Shown here piece after piece: positions 1 to 12,010 of a stretch of 64,000 nt of DNA. Below the pieces are notes generated by a model. It saw only the letters and a list, made by a program, of their open reading frames with translations, made no database searches and was not told the DNA's origin. Origin of the DNA: Octopus sinensis (lineage: Eukaryota); NCBI RefSeq assembly GCF_006345805.1, contig NW_021832985.1, positions 3,732 to 67,731 of the forward strand, read 5' to 3'. Numbering within the stretch: the stretch's first letter is position 1; every line of letters begins with the position of its first letter. Both the position numbers and the translations under genes were made by a program.

Positions 1-168
1 CCCAGCTTGACCGCAGTCTGATGACTGAAGCAAGTAAAAGATAAAAGATAAAAGATATATATATATATATATATGCACACATATACATTACTACGTAAAT
101 ACACTCCCATAATAGATGCACTCCAATAATAGATCCACTCCCATAGTGAGAGTAGAATGATACGAATA

Positions 169-995
169 CGAGGTTTGATCAGTAAGTATCCGGACTGGTG
201 CTTTAGCAACGAAGCTAAAGCACGCAGAGTAAAGCTGCTTGACACAGATCTTGAACTCTGTTGCGCATGTGCACCACGTTTTAAAGTTCTAGCTCACTTC
301 CGCTATTTACGACAGTGCTTGAAAGGAAGGTGTGTGATACTTGCAAGATGGTGATACTTGCTCACAGGCCTACACAAAGTTGCAGAAAGTGTATGGAGAG
401 GAGCGTACGAGCAGCATACCAGTGTACGAGTGGTCCAAGCGTTTCCAAGATGGCAGAAAAATGTCTATATTGATGAACGTTCTGGGAGATCTGCAGCCAG
501 CAGAACTGACAAAAACATCGCAGATGTACGTGCAGCTGTGAGGGGAAATGGTCGAATCACAACCCGTGAGTTATCAGAGGATGTGAAGATTAGTTATAGT
601 ACAGTTCAGTTCAGTTCGTTATCCCTGAAGATTTAGGTATGAGACGCGTGTCTGCCAAGTTTGTGCCAAAAGAACACCCGGGTTTCAGTTGCACAAGATC
701 TCGTAGATTGTGTCGAGAACGATGAAAACTTTTTGAAAACTTTGCGTAGTCCTCCGAGCAGTTATCGCCAAGCTTTTGGCAAAATTTGATGCAAATTCTC
801 TGCATAATGCGACGATTACACGACACACACCTTCCTTCCAAGCATTGCTGTAAACAGCAGAAGTAAGCTAGAACGTTAAAACTTAGTGTGTATGCACAGC
901 AATGTTTAAGGTCAATCTGTGCCAAGCAGCTTCCCTCTGCAGGCGTTAGCTTTGTCACTATAGCAACAATCCGGATATTTATTGATCAGACCGCG
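169..995. mobile_element. Mariner-derived foldback element made of two inverted 5' halves
   Basis: TA-flanked TIRs (CGAGGTTTGATCAGTAAGTATCCGG and CCGGATATTTATTGATCAGACCGCG). About 170-345 is an inverted repeat of about 800-995. N-terminal transposase HTH remnants on both strands (KVYGEE..VYEWSKRFQDGR..DERSGR; QRICIKFCQKLG). Confidence 0.85.
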
Positions 996-1089
996 TATAG
1001 GCACATTTAGCTGCACACACATCCATAGACACTGACACGAATAAGAGTCTGAACATGCATATATCTAACATGTCTATTTACACAATGTA

Positions 1090-1318
1090 TCACTGGCACT
1101 CCGTCGGTTGGGAGAATCTCAGGGAGATTCAGCATGACACAGAATGTGGCAAGACTAACCCTTTGATATACAGATACCACTCATTTTTGCAAGCTGAGTG
1201 GACTGGAGTAACGTGAAATGAAATGTCTTGCTGAAGGACACAACCCGTCGCCAGGAATGGAACTCACGACCTCGCGATCGGAGCCGAATACCCTAACCAC
1301 TAAGCCACGGGCCTTCAC
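1090..1318 (-). mobile_element. tRNA-derived SINE with CORE-like central domain
   Basis: Reverse strand has A-box (tggcttagtggttagg) and B-box (gagttccattcc) like motifs plus the CORE-like ttcacgttactccagtccactcagc. A related copy lies at 43945-44257. Confidence 0.65.
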
Positions 1319-1433
1319 ATATACACAACCTATAGAAACACAAAACACACGTACACACACTGAAGCAGATACATACATACTTATATTATATATATATATA
1401 TATATATATGCATATATATATACATTTACGTAC

Positions 1434-1467
<34 letters not shown>

Positions 1468-1574
1468 TCACTTAAGAATGCATATAATTAAATATATACA
1501 CATGGACATCGGTATTGTTTAACAGAAAATGAGTTCTTCTCCAGTAAAAGGACTAAGGACCTCATACCCCTCAA

Positions 1575-1932
1575 GCGACCCGTAATAAATTCCAGGAACT
1601 CGACGGAATCAAACTGACGCTGCACCCAGCATATAGTCCGAACCTAACTCTCTCGGATTATTACTTGTTTCGATCCATGTCTCCCCCCACCCTGCGCTCG
1701 CGATTCTTCATCAACCTAGAGGACGTGGAAGCCTCAGTGAAGGAGTTCTTCGCTTCGCTTCGTAGAACAAGAACTGGTGTCGGCGTGGGATCAAAGAACT
1801 GGCAGAAAGGTGGCGTGAGACAGTGCAATGCGATGACCCCCTTACTCTGATTGCTAGGCAGCTTTTGTTGCGATTTGACGAATAAAACAAATAAGTGAAC
1901 AAAATATTGCATAACTTTTGACCGAACATAAT
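1575..1932 (+). mobile_element. Mariner transposase 3' fragment with terminal inverted repeat
   Basis: Degenerate LHPAYSPNL..SDYYLFRSM (YSPDL-like motif), EDVEASVKEFFAS, GIKELAERW; ends in a TIR-like gcataacttttgaccgaacataa. Confidence 0.85.
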
Positions 1933-2559
1933 GCGCAAACGAATACCCAATCCTCTACAAAAATAAATCTGAGGCAAAGCGAACGAAATTAAGCAACAAA
2001 CATAAATAACAACTGACACATTTTATTTACGAAAGTATCACATTTTACTCTCTTTGCTTCTATTGCCGTTCTTCGTCAGTCTCACTTTCAAACATATTCG
2101 AACATGCAGTGAGTGGAATGGAATGGAGTGTGGGGTGGGGGGGGGGGGTGGGGGTGGGGGTGGAGTGTGAAGTGTTGAGTGTGGAGTAGAGTCAACGTGG
2201 CGAAGAGAGTTGAGTTGGTTGTGTGAAATGGTGAAATGGGGTGACTGGAAAGAAACAAGTGTAGCGTGAGCCGAGTATAGCAAATTGAAATCAATGAATT
2301 AAATAAATTAGAATAGAGTTACTGGAGTGGAGTGAAAGAAACGAGTGGGGTGGGGGGGGTGGGGGTAGTGAATATGAGTGGTGTGCAGTAGAGTAAATTA
2401 AGTAGAGTGGAGTGTTATGGAATAGAATAGAGTTGAGGTGAGTACAGGAGTGGTGTGGGTAAGGATTTTGTAACTGGTGATTAATTAAATGGATAAAATA
2501 TTTGTCCTCTAGTTTCGTTTCATAGATGTTCCATGACACAACAACAACAACAATAATAA

Positions 2560-2776
2560 TCTGTAGTTATAGGTATATTAGGAACTATCTTTAAATATTT
2601 GAAAAGATAGAAGATGAAATAAGCATAAGACCTATCTCAATGCAACTCCAGAAAACAGCATTATTAGGAACAGCTAGTGTGCTTTGGAAGGTTCTAGTTA
2701 TCTAAGATTACTTCTTATAACTCGATGCTAGGAAGATTTTTTTGTCCAACAGGTCTAAACTGTTGTGCGTATATGA
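2560..2776 (+). mobile_element. R4/Dong-clade LINE 3' end
   Basis: VVIGILGTI...QKTALLGTASVLWKVL remnant followed directly by a long (AAT)n tract. Confidence 0.7.
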
Positions 2777-2906
2777 AATAATAATAATAATAATAATAAT
2801 GATAATAATGATAATAATGATAATAATGATAATAATGATAATAATGATAATAATGATAATAATGATAATAATAATAATAATAATAATAATGATAATAATA
2901 ATAATG

Positions 2907-2955
<49 letters not shown>

Positions 2956-3219
2956 TAATAATGATAATAATGATAATAATGATAATAATGATAATAATGA
3001 TAATAATGATAATAATGATAATAATAATAATGATAATAATAATAATAATGATAATAATGATAATAATGATAATAATAATAATAATGATAATAATAATAAT
3101 AATAATAATAATGATAATAATGATAATAATGATAATAATGATAATAATGATAATAATAATATATGATAATAATAATAATAATAATAATAAAATAATAATA
3201 TAAATAATAATAAATAATA

Positions 3220-3260
<41 letters not shown>

Positions 3261-3341
3261 TAATAATAATAATAATAATAATGATATAATGATAATAATG
3301 ATAATAATGATAATAATAATAATAATGATAATAATATAATA

Positions 3342-3374
<33 letters not shown>

Positions 3375-3391
3375 TAATAATAATAATAATG

Positions 3392-3455
<64 letters not shown>

Positions 3456-3462
3456 TAATAAT
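2777..3462. repeat. (AAT)n/(AATGAT)n microsatellite
   Basis: Directly visible trinucleotide array. Confidence 0.98.
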
Positions 3463-3967
3463 GATTGGAAGTGTTATCATGTACATTGTTTTGTTTTGGT
3501 ATAAAAGATGGGCTACAGCAAATATTCTGCTCAATACCACAGATTTGCTTGTCAGTTGTTTGACCTTAGCCAGTTGAGCATGTCCCTTAGTGGCTGACGA
3601 TATGTGCATCTCTGATCACGAGCAGAAGTAGTGGGGGAGCATCATAGCCATGTGTTGAGAGGGATTCTTTGGGGTTTGAATAATTCACCTCTGGAAACAT
3701 GGGTGGTTCTTTCAACATCCTTAAACAATCCTTATTCAGGGACCTTTTGAGCGGGATGGGCTACTCAACCTGAAGAAAATTCTGATTGGGCCCCACCTGC
3801 AAGGTCATGTGCTGTTTATCTTGATATGAGATCACCATATCGCGCACATATGGTTGTGATGCATGTGCCTGGTATACCTTTATCAGACGGGTAGTCATGA
3901 TGGGTATATTGGGCTTTGTATATTTTACCCCAGTGTCACTTTGATGGCATGCACTGCTCTCTCACTC
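3462..3967. mobile_element. Non-coding interspersed element embedded in (AAT)n, copy 1
   Basis: Highly similar to 21288-21842; flanked by (AAT)n on both sides. Confidence 0.8.
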
Positions 3968-3971
3968 AATG

Positions 3972-4057
<86 letters not shown>

Positions 4058-4562
4058 GATGGTATAGGCACACGCCAGAAAAGGTCACAGAAAACGAGAA
4101 AGCAACCATACTCTGGGATATTCCAATACACACAGATAGAAAAATTAAGGCCAATAGGCCAGATTTATAAGTGTCAGAGATCATGAAGAAAAAATGCTTT
4201 CTTATTATGTATCAATACCAGCAGATGAAAACGTTTCTCTAAAAGAAATGGAGAAACTTTCAAAATGCAAAGACCTTGAAATAGAGGTAACTCGAATGTG
4301 GAATCTAAAACCAAAAAATTCCTATCATAGTGGGCGCATTAGGTACGATAAAAAAATATTCAGACAAATACATAACAAAAACACCAGGACTTACAAATTT
4401 ATATAACATACAGAAAATTGCACTACTGGGCACTGCACACATCCTGCGCAAAACGCTTTCAATACAGTAACCATAAGAGCATCACAGCAAACCACAGTAC
4501 ATACCCAAGGCACACAGAGCTGCGCTCGGTAGTGAAGTGAAAGCACGCTATAAAAATAAAAC
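4058..4562 (+). mobile_element. R4/Dong-clade LINE 3' fragment (restriction-like endonuclease domain)
   Basis: Frameshifted HTPEKVTENEKATILWDIPIHTDRKIKANRPD...SIPADENVSLKEMEKLSKCKDLEIEVTRMW...GALG; flanked by (AAT)n. Confidence 0.88.
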
Positions 4563-4570
4563 TACTGAAT

Positions 4571-4610
<40 letters not shown>

Positions 4611-4624
4611 CTAATAGTAATAAC

Positions 4625-5270
4625 ACTGAAAAATGTATCACAAGTCGTTAAAACCTGCCATATACTCATAAGAAGAGGAATTTTACAAGGAGACTTACTG
4701 CCACCCCTGCTTTTCTGCCGTGTTCTGACCCCACTAACAAACTTGTTAGATGAAACCTCCAAAGGCTATAGATGTTATGCACAAACAACAAATCGTTTTC
4801 TATGCACGAATGATTAAAAGTTTTTCGCTAAAAATATCACGGGACAGAGACACCTTCTAGAAGTTGTCCATAATTTCAGCAAGGACATCAGAATGTGCAT
4901 GGGCCTGGACAAATGTGCCAAAATGATATTGAAAAGAAGCAAATTAATCAGGACCGAAAACACTGCACTCGACATAGACACAGAATCAGAGAATTAGACA
5001 ACAATCGTCCATATAAATATCTAGGAAATGAAAGAGAAAATTAGAAGAGAGTATTACAGAGTTAGACTAATATTAAACACTTAACTCAGTGCTAAAAATA
5101 AGATAATAGGAATAAACATGCTATCCATACCACCCAAACATTACAGCTTCAACATAATAAACTAGAAGGTTAGTGAATTGAGTAATTTTCATAGAAAAAC
5201 TATTAACAGCATACCAAAGTCACCACTCCAAAGCAGACTGAATATACTCCGCTTAGAAAGCGGTTAAGCT
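4625..5270 (+). mobile_element. R4/Dong-clade LINE reverse-transcriptase fragment
   Basis: RRGILQGDLLPPLLFC, decayed YMDD region, FSKDIRM.MGLDKCA and YKYLG motifs, with stops and frameshifts. Confidence 0.8.
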
Positions 5271-6328
5271 TAGCACAAATAGAGAACTACTCTTTTACTC
5301 TTTTACTAATCCAAAATGTTAAAAAAGCTGCAATTGATCGCCAGAGACTGAGGTAGCACTTTGCAAAACGATAAATAGACAGTGATGCTTCTTCAAAATT
5401 ACTAAATCAATCTTATAATTGTTTATATCACCCTTTAGAATGTAAAAATCATTGAACTATAGTTCCCCTTGAAAACACAAAACGCTTCTCTTTGTAATTA
5501 TTATCGTTCTAACATCTGTCTTTCTTAAAATATTAGTATATATAGCTAAGTCCCTTCTTGCAGATAGAAGTGAAACAAAAGATATATCAGGCATACATTT
5601 ACATCTAGACATTCAGAAAGAAGTCTTACAACTTCGCTGTCGAAATAAATTTGGAAGTTAAAGTGCGACAATACCCACAACCATATAATCACTCGGGCGT
5701 TTCTATAACGCTCATTATAATGTGCATTAATGGTTCCTTAAGTTGTAATCTATGTTTCTTGTGAGTTAGACTCAATCAGAGACTTTCTTCAGCTTCAACT
5801 AAAATACCAAAATTAGTGTAATTTTGCAGATATATCCATGACTTTTTATTGGATTAATTTTCAACTATCAAAAGGCTAACCTATTCAGTCAACTTTGTAA
5901 TAGATTTATCGTAGTCCGGAACATTATCATGTGTTTAAACCATATTTGTTTACTTTACAGCACCAACAAGAGCCACTTCCGTTTCATATGTGTGAGCTTT
6001 ACGCGCTGTACTGAAAACATGGTAATTTCACGTCTATTATCATGGGTGCAGATGTGTTCTACGCATAATGATAAGTAAATGAATGAACTACTCATTTTCC
6101 TTGTTCGACGACGTATCAAATCTTGATTAGGGTTTTCGAATATTTATATTTATATAGGGTTGCACTGCTTCCGTTCAGTCAGTCGTTGGAAATACTTAAG
6201 ACAGCTACATGTGGTATTTACACAAACTCACGCACACACACATACACACACACACATACACACATGCAATCACACACGCACACCCACCCAATCACCCACA
6301 TACATCATACTTAAATGCAAATAAATAA

Positions 6329-6392
<64 letters not shown>

Positions 6393-6410
6393 GAATACAC
6401 ACATGCATAC

Positions 6411-6452
<42 letters not shown>

Positions 6453-6659
6453 CTCTCTCTCTCTATCTTTTTATCTGTCTGCCTATCTGTCTGTCTGTCA
6501 GCCTGCCTAGATAGATAGATAGATAGATGCGCACATACATACATACATACATACATACAACATACATACATACATACATACATACATACATACATACATA
6601 CATACATACATAATACATACACACATACATACATATTATTGTGTGTTGATGTATATTCT

Positions 6660-7205
6660 TTTATTCTCTAGTTTCAGTCACCTGACTGCGGCGAAGCTTT
6701 AGTTGAACGAACCGACTTCAGGATTTATTCTTTGTAAGCCTAATACTTACTTTATAGGTTTGTTTTGCCGAACCGCGAAGTTACGGGGAGGTTAACACAC
6801 CAACATTGGTTGTCGAGCGATTATGGAGGGATAAACACTGACATTTCAAACATATATGTATATTTGCCATGATAGATCGCTAACCACTAAACCTTTTTCT
6901 GTTTTCTCGCCCAGTTTATTTCTGTGTGCTTTTCTGTCGAAGAGCCTAGGCTCGAAACATAAAAGACTTTCTCACTTGCCGAGCGTTAAACTAATACATT
7001 TGTTTATTCTTTACGCACCCATCTTCGTCTTTTGCTTTTTTTGTAAATTCTCACTTTTAGTTTCCGTCTACCAAATCCACTCACAAGGCTTTGGTCGACC
7101 CGAGGCTATAGAAGAAGACACTTGCCCAAGATGCCACACAGTGGGACTGAACCCGAAACCATGTGGCTGGGAAGCAATGTTCTTACCACAGTGTTACGCC
7201 TGCGC
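6660..7205 (-). mobile_element. tRNA-derived SINE family B (aggcgcaggagtggctgtgtggtaag head), with internal insertion
   Basis: Matches the reverse complement of the full copy at 20793-21200. Confidence 0.8.
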
Positions 7206-7346
7206 CTATATATTTATATATATATATATGTATATATATATACACACACACACACATAAGTATGTATACATACACACATACACACATGCACACATACATA
7301 TATACATATATATATACACACACTTACACACACACACACATACACG

Positions 7347-7381
<35 letters not shown>

Positions 7382-7765
7382 CTGCGCACACATACACACG
7401 TATTCGTACGCATACATATATGTGTGTATATGCAAAAATTATATTAACAACAAACAGATCAACAATAACAACTTGAGTTCTTTTAGGAACTTTGGTTAAA
7501 GAAAAAAAAATCCACCGAAAACAATGCAGATTACGTCTTTAAGAGGTTATGTGCCATTCGCAGACGATCACATATCGGGGAGTTGGGGACCACACTCATG
7601 AAAGGAGGCTTCTGGGTAATAGTGACATCTCTCCATTGAGAGTGATGACCTCAACAATGACACATAATATTTAAGTGACCAGTTGGGAGACATGGGGGTG
7701 GGCAAAGCACTTAAGAAATGCCAGGCGGATTTCATAGTAACTACGACTTGCAAACAATGCAAGTC

Positions 7766-7819
<54 letters not shown>

Positions 7820-7845
7820 TATTATTATTATTATTATTACTATTA

Positions 7846-7911
<66 letters not shown>

Positions 7912-8133
7912 GTAGTAGTAGTAGTAATTTTACAAAGTAAGACTTTAGCATCGTTAATCGTAGTTTTCCACAGAAGCAATATCGCTGGTTTATTACATTT
8001 CTGATAGCGAGAATAACAAACCTCTACACTGTTCACAATATTCAATAACAAAATTCAATAACAAAATGAGGTGCTAAGCCTCTTACCAAACTCGGAACTT
8101 TCAATAACACTGAGGCTTTTCAACCTCTTATCA

Positions 8134-8750
8134 CTATTCCTCCTCAACATCACTTGTGCCCGCATACTCCGCTATCACCCACGCCTTATTCAAGATCAAA
8201 GCGGGTGCCGTATCGGCGTCGCCCGGGTACAAGCGATATTCCTCATTGAGTCCCTTCAGCCTATTCTTCACAGGCAACGTCATGACCTCCACAGCTATCT
8301 GCGGAGGCCATTCGGGATCCTGCGTGCAAGCTAAAGGTGCTCCCTTATGGTGCTTTCCCATCACCTTTTCTACCTCACCGCCTCTATAGAAGAAGATCAA
8401 TAATTCGTCTTCCTCCGGGGGCGGGATATCCAATTCTACCGTTGGCGGCACAGTTCCCGCCAACGGTGTCTCTTCCCCTGCCGGTGGCACTACCCGGCAA
8501 TGTCCCGTTTCTCTTCCTCTTCCTCTTTTTTACTTTTTAAATGAGGGAGGGTGCGTCTCCTCCGTGACCGGGAGATTCGCATCCCCTTCCTCATCCCTAA
8601 GATCCTTCGGTGAGCACCCATTGTTGCTCACCTTCTTCCTCTTGCGGCCCTTCTTTGATGAATCCTCCGCCTCCTCGGCCGCCTTCATTGCCTCTTCTAC
8701 AGAGGTTTCAATCAACTGCTCCAGGACCTTACTTTGTTCCTGGGGACAGT
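8134..8750 (-). pseudogene. GC-richer degraded reading frame of about 200 codons, possibly a retroelement ORF1/gag-like remnant
   Basis: ORFs 8530-8715 and 8134-8490 share one frame, separated by a single TAA. Acidic/Pro-rich with a KKGRKRKK basic patch. No family motif recognised. Confidence 0.4.
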
Positions 8751-8951
8751 TTTGAGGGAAGCAAACTTCTTACCACACAGCCAATTCCCCGCTTATCGTC
8801 AAAGTTATTCCAACCGTGACTATCGCATCTGTATCTTAACCATAGCAAGTGTATCTCAACCATAAATTACATCAGTCAATCTCTTATTTCGCTTCATTTA
8901 TTTATTCATTCTTTAAGAGTGTGTAATCTAACGGAGATTTAGCTGAAGCTG

Positions 8952-8994
<43 letters not shown>

Positions 8995-9109
8995 CAAAGC
9001 TGGAAATACGATAGTTTGACTAAAAGAACCGGCTATTGCAAGCAAAAATAAATATTGAAAAAGACGCATTTGGCCAAATTTGGACATACGCAGTTTAACT
9101 TAATAGCAA

Positions 9110-9151
<42 letters not shown>

Positions 9152-9612
9152 CGGGAAGGTTTACGAAAATAAACAAAAGACGAAGGCAGGTTATATATAT
9201 ATATATATAAATCTATATATATATATATATGTATGTATGCATGTATGTATATATATATATATGTATATATATATATAGATATATATACACATATATATAA
9301 ATATATGACAAATTGGGGGACCATGTAAGAAACTCATTCATTGGCTCATGTCTATGCACTTTATAATGAGGGGGAAGCACGAGATATCGTTTTCATCGTG
9401 TTTGCCAAACATGGCTCCGTTAACGCCCATCTGGGATCTTTTCAATGATTCTTATTGTTTTGATAACATCTTTTAGTTTTACGGGACCAAATAAAAGACC
9501 ACCAACATTTGTTATACTTTAGGTCAAACAGTGGAATATCTTTTTACGCCACGAAAAGGATGGATTAATTCAATACAATATAAAACATATTTCTCTCACA
9601 GAAGTATTTGTA

Positions 9613-10990
9613 TTACTTTACCCCGATACCACCGCTGCTTCCGCCACTACTGCTGTTGCCGCCGCTGCTGCCACCGCTGCTGCTGCTGTTGCCGCTGCCT
9701 TTACCACCGCTGCTGCTGCTACCGCTGCTGCTGCTGTTGCCGCCGCTACTGCGGTTGCCGCTGCTGCTGCTGTTGGTGCCGCCCCCTGCACCCTCTCCTG
9801 CTTTCCAGCCGCTACCACCGCTGCCTCCGCTGTCGCTGCCGTCGCTACCGCTGCCGCCGCTGCCGCGCTGCCGCCGCTGCCACTGCTTCCGCTGTCGCCG
9901 CTTCCGCTGCCGCCGCTGCCGCCGCTTACGCTGCCGCCGCTTACGCTGTCGCCGCTTCCGCTGCCGCCGCTGCCACTGCTTCCGCTGTCGCCGCTGCCGC
10001 CGTTACCGTCGCCGCCGCTGCCGCCGCTGCCGCCGCTGCCGCCGCTACCGCCGTTGCCGCCGCTGCCGCCGCTGCCGCCGCTGCCGCCGCTGCCGCCACT
10101 TGCACTGCCGCCGCTGCTGCCGCTTTCGCTGCAGCCGCTTCCGCTGCCGCCGCTGCCGCCGCTGCCGCCGCTGCCGCCGCCGCTGCCGCCGCTGCCGCCG
10201 CTGCTGCCGCTTTCGCTGCAGCCGCTTCCGCTGCCGCCGCTGTCGCTGCCGTCGCTACCGCTGCCGCCGCTGCCGCCGCTTACGCTGTCGCCGCTTACGC
10301 TGTCGCCGCTTACGCTGTCGCCGCTTACGCTGTCGCCGCTTACGCTGTCGCCGCTTACGCTGTCGCCGCTTACGCTGCTGCCGCTGCCGCCGCTTACGCT
10401 ACCGCCGCTTACGCTACCGCCGCTTACGCTACCGCCGCTTACGCTACCGCCGCTTACGCTGCCGCCGCTTACGCTGCCGCCGCTTGCACTGCCGCCGCTT
10501 ACGCTGCCATCGCTGCCGCTGTCGCTGCCACAGCTGTCGCTACCGTCGCTGCCGCCGCTGTCGCTGCCGACGCTGTCGCTGCCGCCGCTGTCGCTGTCGC
10601 CGCTTCCGCTGCCGCCGCTGCCGCCGCTGCCGCCGCTGCCGCCGCTGCCGCCGCTGCCGCCGCTGCCGCCGCTGCCGCCGCTGCGCCGCCGCTGCCGCCG
10701 CCGCTGCCGCCGCCGCCGCTGCCGCTTCCGCCGCTGCCGCTTCCGCCGCTGCCGCTTCCGCCGCTGCCGCTGCCGCCGCTACCACCGCTACTGCCGTCGC
10801 CGCCGCCGCCATCGCCGCTGCCGCCGCCGCCATCGCCGCTGCCGCCGCCGCCATCGCCGCTGCCGCCATCGCCGCTATCGCTACCGCTGCCTCTGTCACC
10901 GCCTCTACCGCTGCTGACACTGCATTGGATGATAACACTGCTGCCTCCATCGCCACATCCACAAAAAACATCTCCCTGGAGACTGTCAGT
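9613..10990. repeat. GC-rich (GCC/GCT)n degenerate triplet array with a 15-bp higher-order unit (GCCGCTTACGCTNNC)
   Basis: Directly visible; triplet phase is kept except for 1-nt slips at 9865 and 10683. Confidence 0.95.
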
Positions 10991-11339
10991 TCACACGGTG
11001 TCGACGAATGTAAACAGGATGTTATAAATGTTTGTGTGTATGTGTGATTGTGTGTGAGTGTGTGCGTTTTGTGTGTGTGTGTTTGTGTTTGTGTGTGTGT
11101 GTGTGCGTGTGCATGTGTGTGCGTGTGTGTGCGTGTCTGTCCGTGTGTGCTTGCGTTAGGGTGAAATTAGGAGTTTTGACGAGTTGTGGTTTTGAAAAAT
11201 TATAATAAATATTGCCACTATTAAAACACGAGTAGGCTGTTGTGTCATCAACGAACCCTCAAACGTGATTGGTGATGCAGCAAGGTCCAATTTAAAAGAT
11301 GGAGCAATTAAAAAGATGCAGCAAGGTCCGAATTTAAAA

Positions 11340-11918
11340 TATGCCAAGACACTGTGGCAGAGAATGATCCATTGGGAACTCTGTAGAAATCACGGCCTAC
11401 AAAGAGCAAAGACGTGGTATGAGAAAGCTCTAGAAGGAACCACCGAAAATGAGAATTGCAAAACCCTGTGGGATGTAATGATCCAGTGCGATCATCTGAC
11501 TTAGACATCGGAAACCGGACATTGTTGTGGTGAATAAAAAAGAAAGAACATGTATGAGAATCGACATTGCATGACCCGGTGACAACAGGATCAATGTGAA
11601 AGAAGAAGAAAAAATAAACAACTATGACGATTTGAAGTGGGGAATACGAAGGTTGCGATCAATGAAAAAGAGTAGACGTGATACCAATAGTAATTGGCGC
11701 ACTTGGAAGTATCGGCACTGAACTACCAACGCGACTAAAATATATTGGTGCAAGTGTGGTGTGAAGGTAGAACACCGACAAAAAATCAGCATTGCCTGGA
11801 ACTGCAAGAATTTTTCGCAGAGTTCTTGAAGCATGAACAGTGAACAAATGTCGCATTAGTCTGTGATAATGGACAGCTGACACTTTCCATCATGCCCAGC
11901 AAAATAAGCTGAGTTTTC

Positions 11919-11921
<3 letters not shown>
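11340..11921 (+). mobile_element. R4/Dong-clade LINE 3' fragment (RLE domain and 3' UTR)
   Basis: IHWELC..HG....WYE..., LWDVMIQCDH..HRKPDIVVVNKK, IPIVIGALG, QKSAL.GTARI.RRVL*; ends in (AAT)n at 11922-12052. Confidence 0.88.

Positions 11922-12010
<89 letters not shown>

Noticed and set aside
9531-11047. The 498-aa and 479-aa plus-strand ORFs as real single-exon genes
   Set aside because: All three plus frames are open because of composition, and each ORF changes character at the phase slips; reported only as an unresolved array.
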